This document shows, piece after piece, positions 48,562-58,298 of a DNA stretch of 64,000 bases. The stretch lies in the IMG/VR virus record IMGVR_UViG_3300017909_003066, positions 45,043-109,042 of that record. One strand, 5' to 3'. Within the stretch, counting starts at the first letter, position 1. Each line of letters begins with the position of its first letter. Source of the stretch: a virus (taxonomy: Duplodnaviria > Caudoviricetes). The notes under the pieces were generated by a model. The model ran no database searches. It was not told the origin of the DNA and saw only the letters and a list, made by a program, of their open reading frames with translations. A program made the translations under genes and the position numbers.

Positions 48562-49050
48562 TTATTTAGTGTCGAACAGCAAAGTTTCTGCCTGATCTAG
48601 AAGTTCATCTACTTGCTGTTTTGCACTGTTATATCTAGGTGTATATTGATCTATACGTGCTTCAAACATATCTATACGCATTTCATTACCTTGTTGTTCA
48701 GCAATTTTGAGTTGATATTTGAATATCCGTATTTCATTATACCATCTAAGATAGTCATTGTCTGCATTAAGCAACTCTTTTTCATCAAAGTCAACTTTAT
48801 TACCTAAATATATTGCTATTGCTACTGCTATTTTGAAGTTACCAATATCTTTATAGTAAACTCTCTTAGGATTATGTAAATTTCTAATGTCATAATACCC
48901 GTCCCTATTTTTTTTAATATAGGTGTGTAAGTATTTTACACCGCCGTCATGACTGACAGGCAAAACAAAGCCACTTGTTTTCAGTCTTGTTTTGACTGCC
49001 TGTGCCGTTTCCGCAAAGGTGTTTACTAGTTTTTTAACTTCAGGTTTCAT
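48562..49050 (-). CDS. Hypothetical protein
   Basis: 162 aa ORF. Confidence 0.65.
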   Translation of the reverse strand: MKPEVKKLVNTFAETAQAVKTRLKTSGFVLPVSHDGGVKYLHTYIKKNRDGYYDIRNLHNPKRVYYKDIGNFKIAVAIAIYLGNKVDFDEKELLNADNDYLRWYNEIRIFKYQLKIAEQQGNEMRIDMFEARIDQYTPRYNSAKQQVDELLDQAETLLFDTK

Positions 49051-49075
49051 GAATTAAATTGTAACAATAAACTTA

Positions 49076-49681
49076 CTAAAATGCAAGATCTTTTTTATCA
49101 AATTTAATAGTTTTTGGAGATCCAGGTGCTTTCTTCTTTGGTGTAAATTCTACTTCACTACCAGTAACGTTTTTTACTTTCATAGGCATTGGTTTTGTTT
49201 TCTTTGGATCTTTTGGATCTGTCATAGGCACACTTACTTCTTGTCCTCTTTGTAATTGAGTTTGTTGTGTTCCTTGACTACCTGTACTTCCTATTGTTCC
49301 TTGCGTACTTTTATTTTGGTTTGCTAATTTATTTGCTGTGTCTGTTGCAAAACTCTGTGCTTTATCTCGAGCCATGTTTTGTGCACCTTGTTTAATTCTA
49401 TTACCTGTGCTTCTTGCAAGATTACTTGCTCCTTGACCTACACTTCTGCCAACCTTACTTGCAACGTTGCCAGCACCTCTTGCCAATGCGCCTGCACCTC
49501 TTGCCAATGCGCCTGCACCTCTAACGGCCGCCATTGCACCTGCTCTTGCTACCCCACCGGCTACTGCACCTAGAGCCCCTATGACTGGTAACACTTCATC
49601 AAGTTGTTCTTCTGTTAAGTCTTGATTAAGAATAACTTGTTTAAATTCTTTGTGCTTAGAATCTATTTCATCAATACGCAT
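49076..49681 (-). CDS. Gly/Ala-rich late protein
   Basis: MRIDEI; QLDE followed by a hydrophobic G/A helix; RGAGALA repeats. Confidence 0.7.
   Translation of the reverse strand: MRIDEIDSKHKEFKQVILNQDLTEEQLDEVLPVIGALGAVAGGVARAGAMAAVRGAGALARGAGALARGAGNVASKVGRSVGQGASNLARSTGNRIKQGAQNMARDKAQSFATDTANKLANQNKSTQGTIGSTGSQGTQQTQLQRGQEVSVPMTDPKDPKKTKPMPMKVKNVTGSEVEFTPKKKAPGSPKTIKFDKKDLAF
49473..49522. repeat. 21-bp tandem repeat (~2.4 copies) encoding RGAGALA
   Basis: GCACCTCTTGCCAATGCGCCT x2 plus GCACCTCT. Confidence 0.9.
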
Positions 49682-50016
49682 CAGTTTTTAAACCTTCTTC
49701 TAGGTACTTTTGGTGTTCTTGCTACATTTTTCTGTGCGATCGCTCTACTTACTCCACTACCTTTTTTAGTAAATTTAGCCTTCATTGCAGTCATGCTTGG
49801 TTTCTTTGTTCTTGTAATTTTCATAGTTCTTTTCTTTTGTGTATCAATTGGTGCATGACAGGTTGACATTTTAGCAACAATACGTCCTTTACGTGGGCCA
49901 CTTACACACCTAAACTTACGTGTAATTTTTCCTTTACCTTTACCACCAGTTGCACCAGATCTACCAAAAGTAAATCTACCACCTGCTTTTTCTGATATGA
50001 ATTCTACTGCTCTCAT
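49681..50016 (-). CDS. Highly basic small protein (paralog of 50013)
   Basis: RKFRCVSGPRKGRIVA...CHAP. Confidence 0.75.
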   Translation of the reverse strand: MRAVEFISEKAGGRFTFGRSGATGGKGKGKITRKFRCVSGPRKGRIVAKMSTCHAPIDTQKKRTMKITRTKKPSMTAMKAKFTKKGSGVSRAIAQKNVARTPKVPRRRFKN

Positions 50017-50288
50017 CTTCTATTCATAAACTTTAATGCTCTTGAAGCCGGATTTGTTCTCTTAGTTCTTTTAGAACGCATAGCCATCCTTCTAGCAAGT
50101 TTTTTCCTTGTGATACGCATTTTCATTCTTGCTTTAATATTAGGTGGAGCAAAGCACTGTTGAGGATTAGCAACGATGCGTCCATGGCGTTTGCCTCCAA
50201 CACAACGATACTTACGCACTAGGCTTTTACCTTTGCGTCCCCAAATTTGTTTCTCCGTGAGATTATTAAAAAGTTCTACTAGTAGCAT
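50013..50288 (-). CDS. Highly basic small protein
   Basis: RKYRCVGGKRHGRIVA...CFAP; TAAATA upstream. Confidence 0.75.
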   Translation of the reverse strand: MLLVELFNNLTEKQIWGRKGKSLVRKYRCVGGKRHGRIVANPQQCFAPPNIKARMKMRITRKKLARRMAMRSKRTKRTNPASRALKFMNRR

Positions 50289-50302
50289 AGCAGTATTTAG
50301 TT

Positions 50303-50542
50303 TTATTGTGCGTTGATAAGGATTACTACGATTGTAGATAATAGACCTGCAATGATTGTTCCTGCTGATCCTATAATAACTTTAACTAGTGATGAGTGTG
50401 ATTTACCTAAGTCATCATGTATATGTGCAACTTTCGTTTCTACGTTGCCTAGTCTTCTTTCTAGGTTATCGTAACGATGTTGACATAGTTCAACATGTGC
50501 TTCAAGATTTTCTTTTTCAATGTCTGCGGCACCTTTTGCCAT
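50303..50542 (-). CDS. Coiled-coil protein with C-terminal TM helix
   Basis: LEAHVELC..RY..LE.RL, then TM. Confidence 0.7.
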   Translation of the reverse strand: MAKGAADIEKENLEAHVELCQHRYDNLERRLGNVETKVAHIHDDLGKSHSSLVKVIIGSAGTIIAGLLSTIVVILINAQ

Positions 50543-50626
50543 TGTTTTTATTCTCCGTAAACGCTGAAATCAGCATTAAAGTCAATGAGCCTAGTTGTGC
50601 CTGAGTAATTGCTATAACAAATGTAT

Positions 50627-51034
50627 TTATACAACTTGAATGGAAATATTGGTTTTGCCTTTGTCTTTAACTACAAACATTTTAGGATTAGGAATAGTTT
50701 CTTCTAACCCACCTATAATAGGTATAAATGTAAAATCTTCTTTTAATAACCCTACATTATCATCGGTTGTTTTGTAAGCATCTGCATGATCTACAACGAA
50801 TTCATAAGTCCAAACTTTGTGTTCACCTTTGTAGTCTGACCCAAATCCTAAACCGTTTACATCTACAGTTTGTACATAAGGATCATTATTAGATTCAATT
50901 AAGTTACGTAGATTGATGGTTTGAATAAGTGTTTGAAAGTTCTGTTGTTGATGTACTTTCTTTTCTTCACCTTGTCCTTTTCGGCGAATGTCAGTTCTTG
51001 TTATATCTACCAATGTTTGTATCTTTATACGCAT
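50627..51034 (-). CDS. Late hypothetical protein
   Basis: TLVDIT, QQQNFQT..Q...LR, P.I.GL.ET. Confidence 0.7.
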   Translation of the reverse strand: MRIKIQTLVDITRTDIRRKGQGEEKKVHQQQNFQTLIQTINLRNLIESNNDPYVQTVDVNGLGFGSDYKGEHKVWTYEFVVDHADAYKTTDDNVGLLKEDFTFIPIIGGLEETIPNPKMFVVKDKGKTNISIQVV

Positions 51035-51053
51035 ATACGTATTTATTGGCCAT

Positions 51054-51083
51054 AAAAAAAGGGTGCCGTAAAAACGACACCCT
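51054..51083 (-). terminator. Rho-independent terminator
   Basis: GGGTGTCG...CGGCACCC followed by TTTTTTT. Confidence 0.8.
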
Positions 51084-51109
51084 CTAGTATTACTATTCCA
51101 AATTAACTA

Positions 51110-51451
51110 TTAGCCAATTGGATTGTCTGAAAAGTCAGCAAGTAAACTTGAAGTTATACCTGTTGTACCTATTCCAAAGTTTGAAGCGGCTGTAAAAGCA
51201 CCTGTACCTTGGATTGCTACTTGTACGTTGTCAGTTGTTCCACTTGTGAAAACACCTGATTCTGTAAGTACTGACACACCTGCGATTCCGTGAGCATCGT
51301 TTGTACCTGCTACATCGCCTGCTTCTAGATAACGTAATGCCGCATCTAATTCTGCTTGTGTCATGTTTGTTTTTGCAAGATTGATGATTCTAGTTCTTGA
51401 ACCAACACCGTTTCCTGCTTTTACTACTGCGTTATTTGTTAATGTTGCCAT
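51110..51451 (-). CDS. Small putative structural protein
   Basis: Strong RBS AAGGAGAAATAAA, own late promoter and terminator, A/G/T-rich. Confidence 0.65.
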   Translation of the reverse strand: MATLTNNAVVKAGNGVGSRTRIINLAKTNMTQAELDAALRYLEAGDVAGTNDAHGIAGVSVLTESGVFTSGTTDNVQVAIQGTGAFTAASNFGIGTTGITSSLLADFSDNPIG

Positions 51452-51530
51452 TTTATTTCTCCTTTAAAGTTTCTCTTATGACTATTACCACTCTCAATGG
51501 TATATGTAATAGTATTTATAAAGCAATCAT

Positions 51531-51562
51531 AAAAAAAAAGGGCGACAAAAAGCCGCCCTTTT
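51531..51562 (-). terminator. Rho-independent terminator
   Basis: AAAAGGGCGGC...GTCGCCC followed by T9. Confidence 0.85.
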
Positions 51563-51589
51563 AATACTTTTTAAAAGTAACCTAATTAA

Positions 51590-51955
51590 TTAGATTGCTT
51601 CTATATCTGTTGGTTTAGTTACAGTTACAGTTTGTGAATCAGATAAAGTCTGAACACCACCTGTTAATGTACCAAGTGTACCTGTGTCAAGTACTTGACC
51701 AACCATTCTAGCGATAACATCAATGTCAACACCGTGATTGTCAGCAACCATGTAGATTTCATTACCGTCTGATTTAAACTGAATGATATGAGCCATTCCG
51801 CCTAATGCGTCTGAAATCTTAGCCGCCGCCGCATCAGATGCCGCAACTGCTAATCCTGAACCAGATAGTACGATTTTAAAAACAGAAGTTGCAGTAAGTT
51901 CTTGGATAGTTCCTCTAGCAACTGCTGTTGGGTTAGTTCTTGTTAATACAGCCAT
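51590..51955 (-). CDS. Small putative structural protein
   Basis: Same RBS as the 51110 gene, own late promoter and terminator. Confidence 0.65.
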   Translation of the reverse strand: MAVLTRTNPTAVARGTIQELTATSVFKIVLSGSGLAVAASDAAAAKISDALGGMAHIIQFKSDGNEIYMVADNHGVDIDVIARMVGQVLDTGTLGTLTGGVQTLSDSQTVTVTKPTDIEAI

Positions 51956-52055
51956 TTTATTTCTCCTTAATGTTTATAATTAACTCTTAATGGCGACTCC
52001 ACGCTCAGTGGATATCACAATATTATTTAGCCGTTTTGGATAAAAATTAAGGAAA

Positions 52056-52931
52056 CTACCTTCTTTTAGAAACTTTTGCTCTATTATGTACTTGTTTTAA
52101 TAGATTAACATACCCAGGACCTGCTTTCACTATGTCATCTATAATACGCATAATAGGTGCGTATGCTTGTGCAAATCTAGGTGGAATACCCATGCCTCTT
52201 GTAGTCATACTTAAAACTTTGTAGGCAAAAGGTAAGTCTCTGTTAGGTACGCCTAACAGTTTTAACATCTGTACATCTTTAGTATCTGGTTGTACTGGAT
52301 CTGGTACACTAATATTAGGTTCTGTATCTTTAACAGATCTACTTTCTAAATCATAATCTTTAACAAACAAAATATAGTAGTCAACAATATCACTGTTTCT
52401 GCCTCTTGCCTTCAAAGCGATTTCTAATTCAGTAACTGCTATACGTCTTTCGTTTGGATTTAATCTTGAATAGTTTGCAATTTTCCTACGTAAAGTACTG
52501 TACTTACTGTTAGATAATCCGTTGTCTATTTTTGTTAAGTCTTGTGAATCACTTAATTTAGGTGCTGAATCTACAAATGCTCTTAATAATCGTTTTGCCG
52601 CTAGTCTAGGAAACGTTTTGCGTTCTCGCATCACTTTACCTGCTCTAGGGTCACGTAATTTGTCTAGTATTTTCTTATCACCGTCTACTATGTTTAACAG
52701 GTTATATAAATCGTTTCCACTACTTCTAAAAAAGTCCCACATTCCCCATTTCAAAACTTCTTGCGAATATGCTCTGGTATATTTCCTACTAATTGGATAG
52801 TGCCTCATTACGTGCAGTGCTAGGAAATACAGTAACACAAGGTCCGATGCGTCAGTATAACTTAACCTACTGACGCCATCAGTATTACGTATCATTTTGC
52901 CTTCTGTAATATAATCTAAAAATTTATACAT
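52056..52931 (-). CDS. Late hypothetical protein
   Basis: FLDYITE N-terminus; operon. Confidence 0.7.
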   Translation of the reverse strand: MYKFLDYITEGKMIRNTDGVSRLSYTDASDLVLLYFLALHVMRHYPISRKYTRAYSQEVLKWGMWDFFRSSGNDLYNLLNIVDGDKKILDKLRDPRAGKVMRERKTFPRLAAKRLLRAFVDSAPKLSDSQDLTKIDNGLSNSKYSTLRRKIANYSRLNPNERRIAVTELEIALKARGRNSDIVDYYILFVKDYDLESRSVKDTEPNISVPDPVQPDTKDVQMLKLLGVPNRDLPFAYKVLSMTTRGMGIPPRFAQAYAPIMRIIDDIVKAGPGYVNLLKQVHNRAKVSKRR

Positions 52932-54166
52932 TAACCAAAGTCCTTAGGAGTTGTAAAATTACGTCTGCTAAATTCTAATCTGTCGACTATTTTGACTGCT
53001 CCTCCTACATGATCAATGGCTACATAGCCTTCTGGTGAACCTGCTTCATAACCATCTGCTGTTTTATAAAAATGTGCAATGCTTTCAATATTGTTTAATT
53101 TGTTTATGAATAATTTTTTAAGGTTAGTAATTTCTTTCATGAATTCTATTATACCAGATAAACCTTTTCTATTTGAATTTATAAAGTTCATGTTGTTTTG
53201 TATTTTAGCAAGTCTATTTTTGACTGCTGGTTTTTCAGGATCTTGATTTTTAAGTTTAGCAATTTCGCCTTCTATTCTTTGTTTGTACCAATCAATAAAA
53301 CCGTTTAGAAACTCTCCAGGATCTCCTGCAAGTTTACCTTGTTTTATATTAGTATTAATCCATATTTTAAAGTTTGCTATAAAATCTTCATTAGACTTCA
53401 TTGCCTCCCATACCGCATTTGGAACAGCCTTATAGGCTCCCATTGCGTCAGCCAAATCTTGTTTCGCTTGTGCTGTTTCTTCTTTAGTCATCAACACACT
53501 TCCTGATACATCTTTGAAAAATGCATCATCAAACCAAACATCACTTGAACGTTTTAGTTTGCTTAAATCTACTTCATAGTTTGCTTTTGCATCTGCTAAA
53601 GTTGTGCCTACATAATTTGTATGGAATATTATTCCAAATTTTGCTTGTCCTATTCTTTTGCCGATATCACTGTCCACTGGCACTGCGTAGGTGATAAGTT
53701 GTGGCTTGAAAGTATACATTGCCTCGCCGTCAATAGTTTCTTCACGCCTTGAACTTTCGTCAAACATAAAGTCGCCTTGTAGTACGCCTGTGATGCCTAG
53801 TTTACTGAGATAATCAAATGCTAAATGAAGTTTAGGTAATGCACCTGATTCTCCATAATGTCTATCAATGTCTTCGTGACTAAAACCTAGTTTAGGTGTT
53901 TTTGCAAATACTCCTTTAGCACCTACAAAAAACTTTTTGCTTTCAGGATCAATGCCACATACTATTGCAGGAGCACCGTCCCATTTTACTGAAACTCTTA
54001 ATTTTTTATTTGTACGACCTTTTAGCATATCAGCAAAAAGCATCATTTGGTTAAGGGCATATTCGGCACCTTCTTTACCACGGTTGAGTGCTTCTTCCTC
54101 AACATGTTCCATGTGAGTGTTTTTGCCTGCTGATTCTTGTAGTTTAATTACTTCTTCAATTAACAT
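52931..54166 (-). CDS. DUF6267-like protein with RNA-ligase-like KxDG motif
   Basis: KNTHMEH.E, VKWDGAPA, QGDFMF, PEGYV, KIVDRLEFSR.NF. Confidence 0.7.
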   Translation of the reverse strand: MLIEEVIKLQESAGKNTHMEHVEEEALNRGKEGAEYALNQMMLFADMLKGRTNKKLRVSVKWDGAPAIVCGIDPESKKFFVGAKGVFAKTPKLGFSHEDIDRHYGESGALPKLHLAFDYLSKLGITGVLQGDFMFDESSRREETIDGEAMYTFKPQLITYAVPVDSDIGKRIGQAKFGIIFHTNYVGTTLADAKANYEVDLSKLKRSSDVWFDDAFFKDVSGSVLMTKEETAQAKQDLADAMGAYKAVPNAVWEAMKSNEDFIANFKIWINTNIKQGKLAGDPGEFLNGFIDWYKQRIEGEIAKLKNQDPEKPAVKNRLAKIQNNMNFINSNRKGLSGIIEFMKEITNLKKLFINKLNNIESIAHFYKTADGYEAGSPEGYVAIDHVGGAVKIVDRLEFSRRNFTTPKDFG

Positions 54167-54428
54167 CGTCTAATTCGCTTTTGTCGTTTGATTTAATTTT
54201 CTTAATACCACGCATAAATTTGGCAGGATCTCCTGAGCGAATTGAATTGTAAAAACGTTTTTCTAGATCCTGTGCTGTATCATTTTCGAAGTTGCGTCTA
54301 ATCATCTCTACCACATTAATAGCACTTTCTATAACGTGACTTGCTCTACTTTCCACAAGGTTTTCGGCCTTTTTAGTAACAGAAAGATCGTTAAGTTCTT
54401 CCAATAGACTTCTAGTTTTGCGTTTCAT
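54156..54428 (-). CDS. Hypothetical late protein
   Basis: MKRKTRSLLEEL...KFMRGI; TAAATA upstream. Confidence 0.7.
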   Translation of the reverse strand: MKRKTRSLLEELNDLSVTKKAENLVESRASHVIESAINVVEMIRRNFENDTAQDLEKRFYNSIRSGDPAKFMRGIKKIKSNDKSELDDVN

Positions 54429-54500
54429 TGTAACAACTCCTTAACGTTATTTAGTGGTTCTGTTTGGTAAATAACGATAGTAAGGAAAGCGATATACATT

Positions 54501-55307
54501 ATGGATCTCTATAGTTCTAAGTTAACTGATAAAATTATAACACATAATTTTAAAAACCGCAGTCTTTTATTTGCCGAATTATCCCAAATTGCTTATTTTG
54601 ATCAAGAATCAGTAAAAAAATTAGCAAGAAAACTTGGATTTACAACTGTTGAATTCTACGATCTACGTGGTGCTCAAGCATATAGACTAATGAATAAACA
54701 TGATATCGTAATTGCATGTAGAGGCACACAACCAAAAGAATTTAATGATATAAAAGCAGACGCTAGTGCATGGCCGATTATATCTGAAACTGTAGGCAGA
54801 GTGCATAGCGGATTTAAAAATGAAGTTGATAAACTATGGCCTAAAATAGAAGAAGATTTATCACGCGAATCTAAAAGCAGAGACGTTTGGTTTTGTGGAC
54901 ATAGTTTAGGTGCCGCAATGGCAACTATTGTAAGTTCGCGTTGTAGAGGCAGTGAAATATGTCCTAACCCACAAGAACTTTACACATTTGGTTCACCTAG
55001 AGTGGGTTGGGGAAACTATATTAATCACCACTCATTTAATCATCATCGTTGGGTAAACAACAACGATATTGTTTGCAGGGTGCCTTTATGGTTAATGGGA
55101 TACCAGCATCATGGCACAGAACATTATCTTAACACTTGGGGAAATTATAGACAGCCTACAGGTTGGCAAAGAATCAAAGACAGACTACGCGGAATGTGGC
55201 GTGGCATTAAAAAATTTGAAATAGATAATTTCTCTGATCATTCAATTGGTTTATACGTTGAATATATAAACAATTACAAAAACGATTTAGAAACACCACA
55301 AATTTAA
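54501..55307 (+). CDS. Lipase class 3
   Basis: CRGT, VHSGF, GHSLG nucleophile, TFGSPRVG, DIV.RVP, DH. Confidence 0.9.
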   Translation: MDLYSSKLTDKIITHNFKNRSLLFAELSQIAYFDQESVKKLARKLGFTTVEFYDLRGAQAYRLMNKHDIVIACRGTQPKEFNDIKADASAWPIISETVGRVHSGFKNEVDKLWPKIEEDLSRESKSRDVWFCGHSLGAAMATIVSSRCRGSEICPNPQELYTFGSPRVGWGNYINHHSFNHHRWVNNNDIVCRVPLWLMGYQHHGTEHYLNTWGNYRQPTGWQRIKDRLRGMWRGIKKFEIDNFSDHSIGLYVEYINNYKNDLETPQI

Positions 55308-56263
55308 ATAAACAACGAAGAAACAGATTCTTCGTTTGTTACTCTTCTAATTGCTTCACCAAATAATTGTGCAACACTTACTTGTCTAGTTTTTTTACAA
55401 TTTTTAGGACACTTATTTGCAATACTATCTGTAATTACTAATTCATCTAGTACACTTTTTTCAATTTTTTGACAGGCATCATCTGAAAGTACTCCGTGTG
55501 TTATGTAAGCACGAACACTTAAAGCACCTTGTTCCATTATTGCTTTTGCGGCGTTACAAAGTGTACCACCCGAATCAACAATGTCATCTACAAGTATAGC
55601 ATGTTTACCTTTAACACTACCAATAATATTCATTACTTCTGACTTACCTGCTTCTGGTCTCATCTTATCTACTATTGCAATATCACCATGAAACATATCA
55701 GCAAATTTTCTAGCACGAACTACACCACCTGCATCTGGAGAAACAAAAACAGTTTTTGCTTGTTCTACATCTGGATCATCAATAATTCCAATAGTGCGTT
55801 TAATATCTTTTGCAAATATTACACGACTTGTTAAATCATCTACAGGAATATCAAAGAACCCCTGTATCTGTCCTGCATGTAAATCCATAGTTAAGATTCT
55901 ATCAGCACCAGATGTTGTTAATAGGTTAGCAACCAATTTAGCAGTGATAGGTGTACGCGATGCACTTTTACGATCTTGTCTAGCATAACCATAATATGGT
56001 ATGACTGCTGTGATACGGGATGCCGAACTACGTCTTGCCGCATCTATCATGACCATCAGTTCCATTAAACTATCATTAACCGGTGAACTTGTGGGTTGGA
56101 TAATAAAAATATCTTCGCCTCTAACGTTTTCTAAAAATTCTACACTTGTTTCGCCATCTGCAAACGTACTAATTTTTGCAGGTACAAGTGTTGCAAAACA
56201 ATGTTCTGCAATTTGTTGTGCTAATTTGATATTAGCATTTCCTGTAATGATTTTCATCTTCAA
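55304..56263 (-). CDS. prs: Ribose-phosphate pyrophosphokinase
   Basis: FADGE, PYYGYARQDRK, DLHAGQIQGFF, VSPDAGG, DDIVDSGGT. Confidence 0.97.
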   Translation of the reverse strand: MKMKIITGNANIKLAQQIAEHCFATLVPAKISTFADGETSVEFLENVRGEDIFIIQPTSSPVNDSLMELMVMIDAARRSSASRITAVIPYYGYARQDRKSASRTPITAKLVANLLTTSGADRILTMDLHAGQIQGFFDIPVDDLTSRVIFAKDIKRTIGIIDDPDVEQAKTVFVSPDAGGVVRARKFADMFHGDIAIVDKMRPEAGKSEVMNIIGSVKGKHAILVDDIVDSGGTLCNAAKAIMEQGALSVRAYITHGVLSDDACQKIEKSVLDELVITDSIANKCPKNCKKTRQVSVAQLFGEAIRRVTNEESVSSLFI

Positions 56264-56350
56264 GACCGTGCCTTTCTTGGTGTGATGTTAAAAATTTAGT
56301 TAATTGTAATATAACTTATTTACAAAGTCAAGTGAAAAGTATATCAGAAA

Positions 56351-56372
56351 GGAAGGGCCTTTCGACCCTTCC
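56351..56372 (-). terminator. Terminator after alkB
   Basis: GGAAGGGTC-GAAA-GGCCCTTCC followed by TTT. Confidence 0.75.
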
Positions 56373-56384
56373 CGGATTGGACTA

Positions 56385-57449
56385 TTAAGCCAATTTTGCC
56401 GCTATTTCTCTTTCTGCTTCTGTAGCCATCTCTTCGTCCCATTTGTCTAAATGCTTTTTCATAAATGCATTAAACACTGGAGGTATTAGTGCTAACGCAA
56501 AGAGTGTAAAATAGCCTACACCTGTGTTTGGTGCACCTACTTCATCTAATTCCCAGAAGTGTGTTTCACCTCTGTCATGATGATCAGCCTGACGACCTAT
56601 CTCAATAAAGAACCATGAAGTGAATAGTGTTGAGTTATCCCAAGAATGTCTATAGTCTATTGGTTCGCTCTTAACACGTACCAAACCATAGTGTTCTAGA
56701 TAGTTAAGTGCTTCTAACTCAAAGTTTGATATTACCCAAACCAGAGCCAAACACGCAACTCCTAACCAACCACCTGCAAAGAAGAACAATGCAAGTGAAG
56801 GAACACTCATCATATAACCTCTTATCCATCTGTTACTAATAGATATAAAAGGTTTCTGTAAACGTTTCAATCTGTTCTTTTCCATTTCAAACAAGAACTT
56901 GGATTGACCCAAGTGTGATTTAACATAGTGTGAATAGATATCACGTCCTCTAGGTGCGGTTGCAGGATCATCTTCACTTGCTAATTCCAAATGATGATTG
57001 TACACATGAGCATAACAGAAATGTGCAGAACCTGATAACGCCATCATCCAACGACTGATTACAAATGCAACGCCTTTGGTGTGCGATAGTTCATGCCCAT
57101 AGATTATACCTATGCCTGCAAATATACCTGTTGATAATACTGCACCTAACAGTTCAACACCTGCCATACCATTATAGATCTGATATGCTAGTGCAATCTG
57201 AAGTGCAACAAAGACTGGCAACATCAAATACATTACTGTATTCTGCAACCAGGGGATGCCTAAGGTTTCACCATTCTCATCAACTGCTCCACGTGTTTGA
57301 ACATTGATAAGGGTGTCAAGTATAATGCCTATTCCCAATAAGCCTACACCTGTCCATGCCCATATTCCACCTGCTAACACTCCAGCGAGTGTAACAAGTA
57401 TCAATAACGGTGCAATGAAGTACCTTATATTTACGAGAAGTTTTTTCAT
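56385..57449 (-). CDS. alkB: Alkane 1-monooxygenase (membrane diiron)
   Basis: HELSH, HVYNHH, DPATA.RG, NYLEHYGL, DHH His boxes; TM helices. Confidence 0.88.
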   Translation of the reverse strand: MKKLLVNIRYFIAPLLILVTLAGVLAGGIWAWTGVGLLGIGIILDTLINVQTRGAVDENGETLGIPWLQNTVMYLMLPVFVALQIALAYQIYNGMAGVELLGAVLSTGIFAGIGIIYGHELSHTKGVAFVISRWMMALSGSAHFCYAHVYNHHLELASEDDPATAPRGRDIYSHYVKSHLGQSKFLFEMEKNRLKRLQKPFISISNRWIRGYMMSVPSLALFFFAGGWLGVACLALVWVISNFELEALNYLEHYGLVRVKSEPIDYRHSWDNSTLFTSWFFIEIGRQADHHDRGETHFWELDEVGAPNTGVGYFTLFALALIPPVFNAFMKKHLDKWDEEMATEAEREIAAKLA

Positions 57450-57496
57450 TGTGTTTCTCCCGGCTTTCGCCTAAAATTAAACAACAATGTGTATAT

Positions 57497-57525
57497 ACTA
57501 TAACACTAATTTAGAGTAGTGTCAA
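57497..57525 (-). promoter_or_regulatory. Sigma70-like promoter of alkB
   Basis: TTGACA-N17-TATAGT. Confidence 0.6.
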
Positions 57526-57610
57526 GTTATATAACAATATTTAATGTGTTCAAAACAAAAAGGCCGAGTTATAGAATATAGGTAGATACTAATATACCAT
57601 TGTCAACATT

Positions 57611-57688
57611 TTTGCATGGGTGAAATGCAAATTTAACAACGGAAAATACTTGACTTTTTGTTAGAGATATATTACTATATTATAAATA
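57611..57688 (+). promoter_or_regulatory. LysR-type inverted repeat plus sigma70 and late promoter of the microprotein operon
   Basis: TTTGCAT-N7-ATGCAAA; TTGACT-N17-TACTAT; TATAAATA. Confidence 0.55.
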
Positions 57689-57689
57689 A

Positions 57690-57862
57690 GGTTGTTGCAG
57701 TGCAAAGTGCCTATGTTCCAGTAGGACCTGCCAACTACAACACACATACAGACACTGGGAGAGACCAGGGCATAACTACATGCCTTACAAGCAGTTGACG
57801 GTCACCAAAGGTGATTGCACCGCCGGGGAAGTTCCGGGGTATTGCTTTCCTTAAGCATCCAA
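57690..57862 (+). ncRNA. Candidate structured leader or sRNA
   Basis: GC-rich, ORF-free, at least 6 hairpins. Confidence 0.55.
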
Positions 57863-57878
57863 AACATAGGAGAAAATA

Positions 57879-58097
57879 ATGACACACTTTTTAAGTGGCC
57901 TTATGTCTTGGATGAATCGCGACGCTGAATCTGGTCGCGAGGAACTCTTGACTTGGGCCAAAACCGAGTATAAAAATGATTGGCGTTATGCTTATCATTA
58001 TATGCTTAACAATCACGGTAAGGCACCATCTTACTCAACTATGAATAGAGTAACACGTTACTCTTTTTCACCTTCAAATACAAAGGAGGTGGCATAA
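57879..58097 (+). CDS. Small hypothetical protein
   Basis: AGGAG RBS; WAKTEYKNDWRYAY. Confidence 0.7.
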   Translation: MTHFLSGLMSWMNRDAESGREELLTWAKTEYKNDWRYAYHYMLNNHGKAPSYSTMNRVTRYSFSPSNTKEVA

Positions 58098-58271
58098 ATG
58101 GAACGTCTATTCGCATTCATTAAAAAACTTTTCACATATAGATCTCCTGAAGAGATTTATCTGTCTAACGCTATTGACCATTTTGATTTGGAACAACGCA
58201 TCAGGAAACTTGATCGCGGCCAGGTCCACACTGGTCCATTTGGCTACAAAGAGAAGTATTATCGATATTAA
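58098..58271 (+). CDS. DUF3563-like small protein
   Basis: Read by hand; EEIYLSNAIDHFDLEQRIRKLDR; GGAGG RBS. Confidence 0.65.
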   Translation: MERLFAFIKKLFTYRSPEEIYLSNAIDHFDLEQRIRKLDRGQVHTGPFGYKEKYYRY

Positions 58272-58298
58272 CACACACATGATCAGAGGAGAAAAAAC

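Noticed and set aside
57690-57862. Cobalamin riboswitch (fragments GACCTGCC, CACTGGGA, GGGAAG)
   Set aside because: The fragments are in the wrong order and the core GCCCCCGCAACTGT element is missing; kept only as an unknown structured RNA
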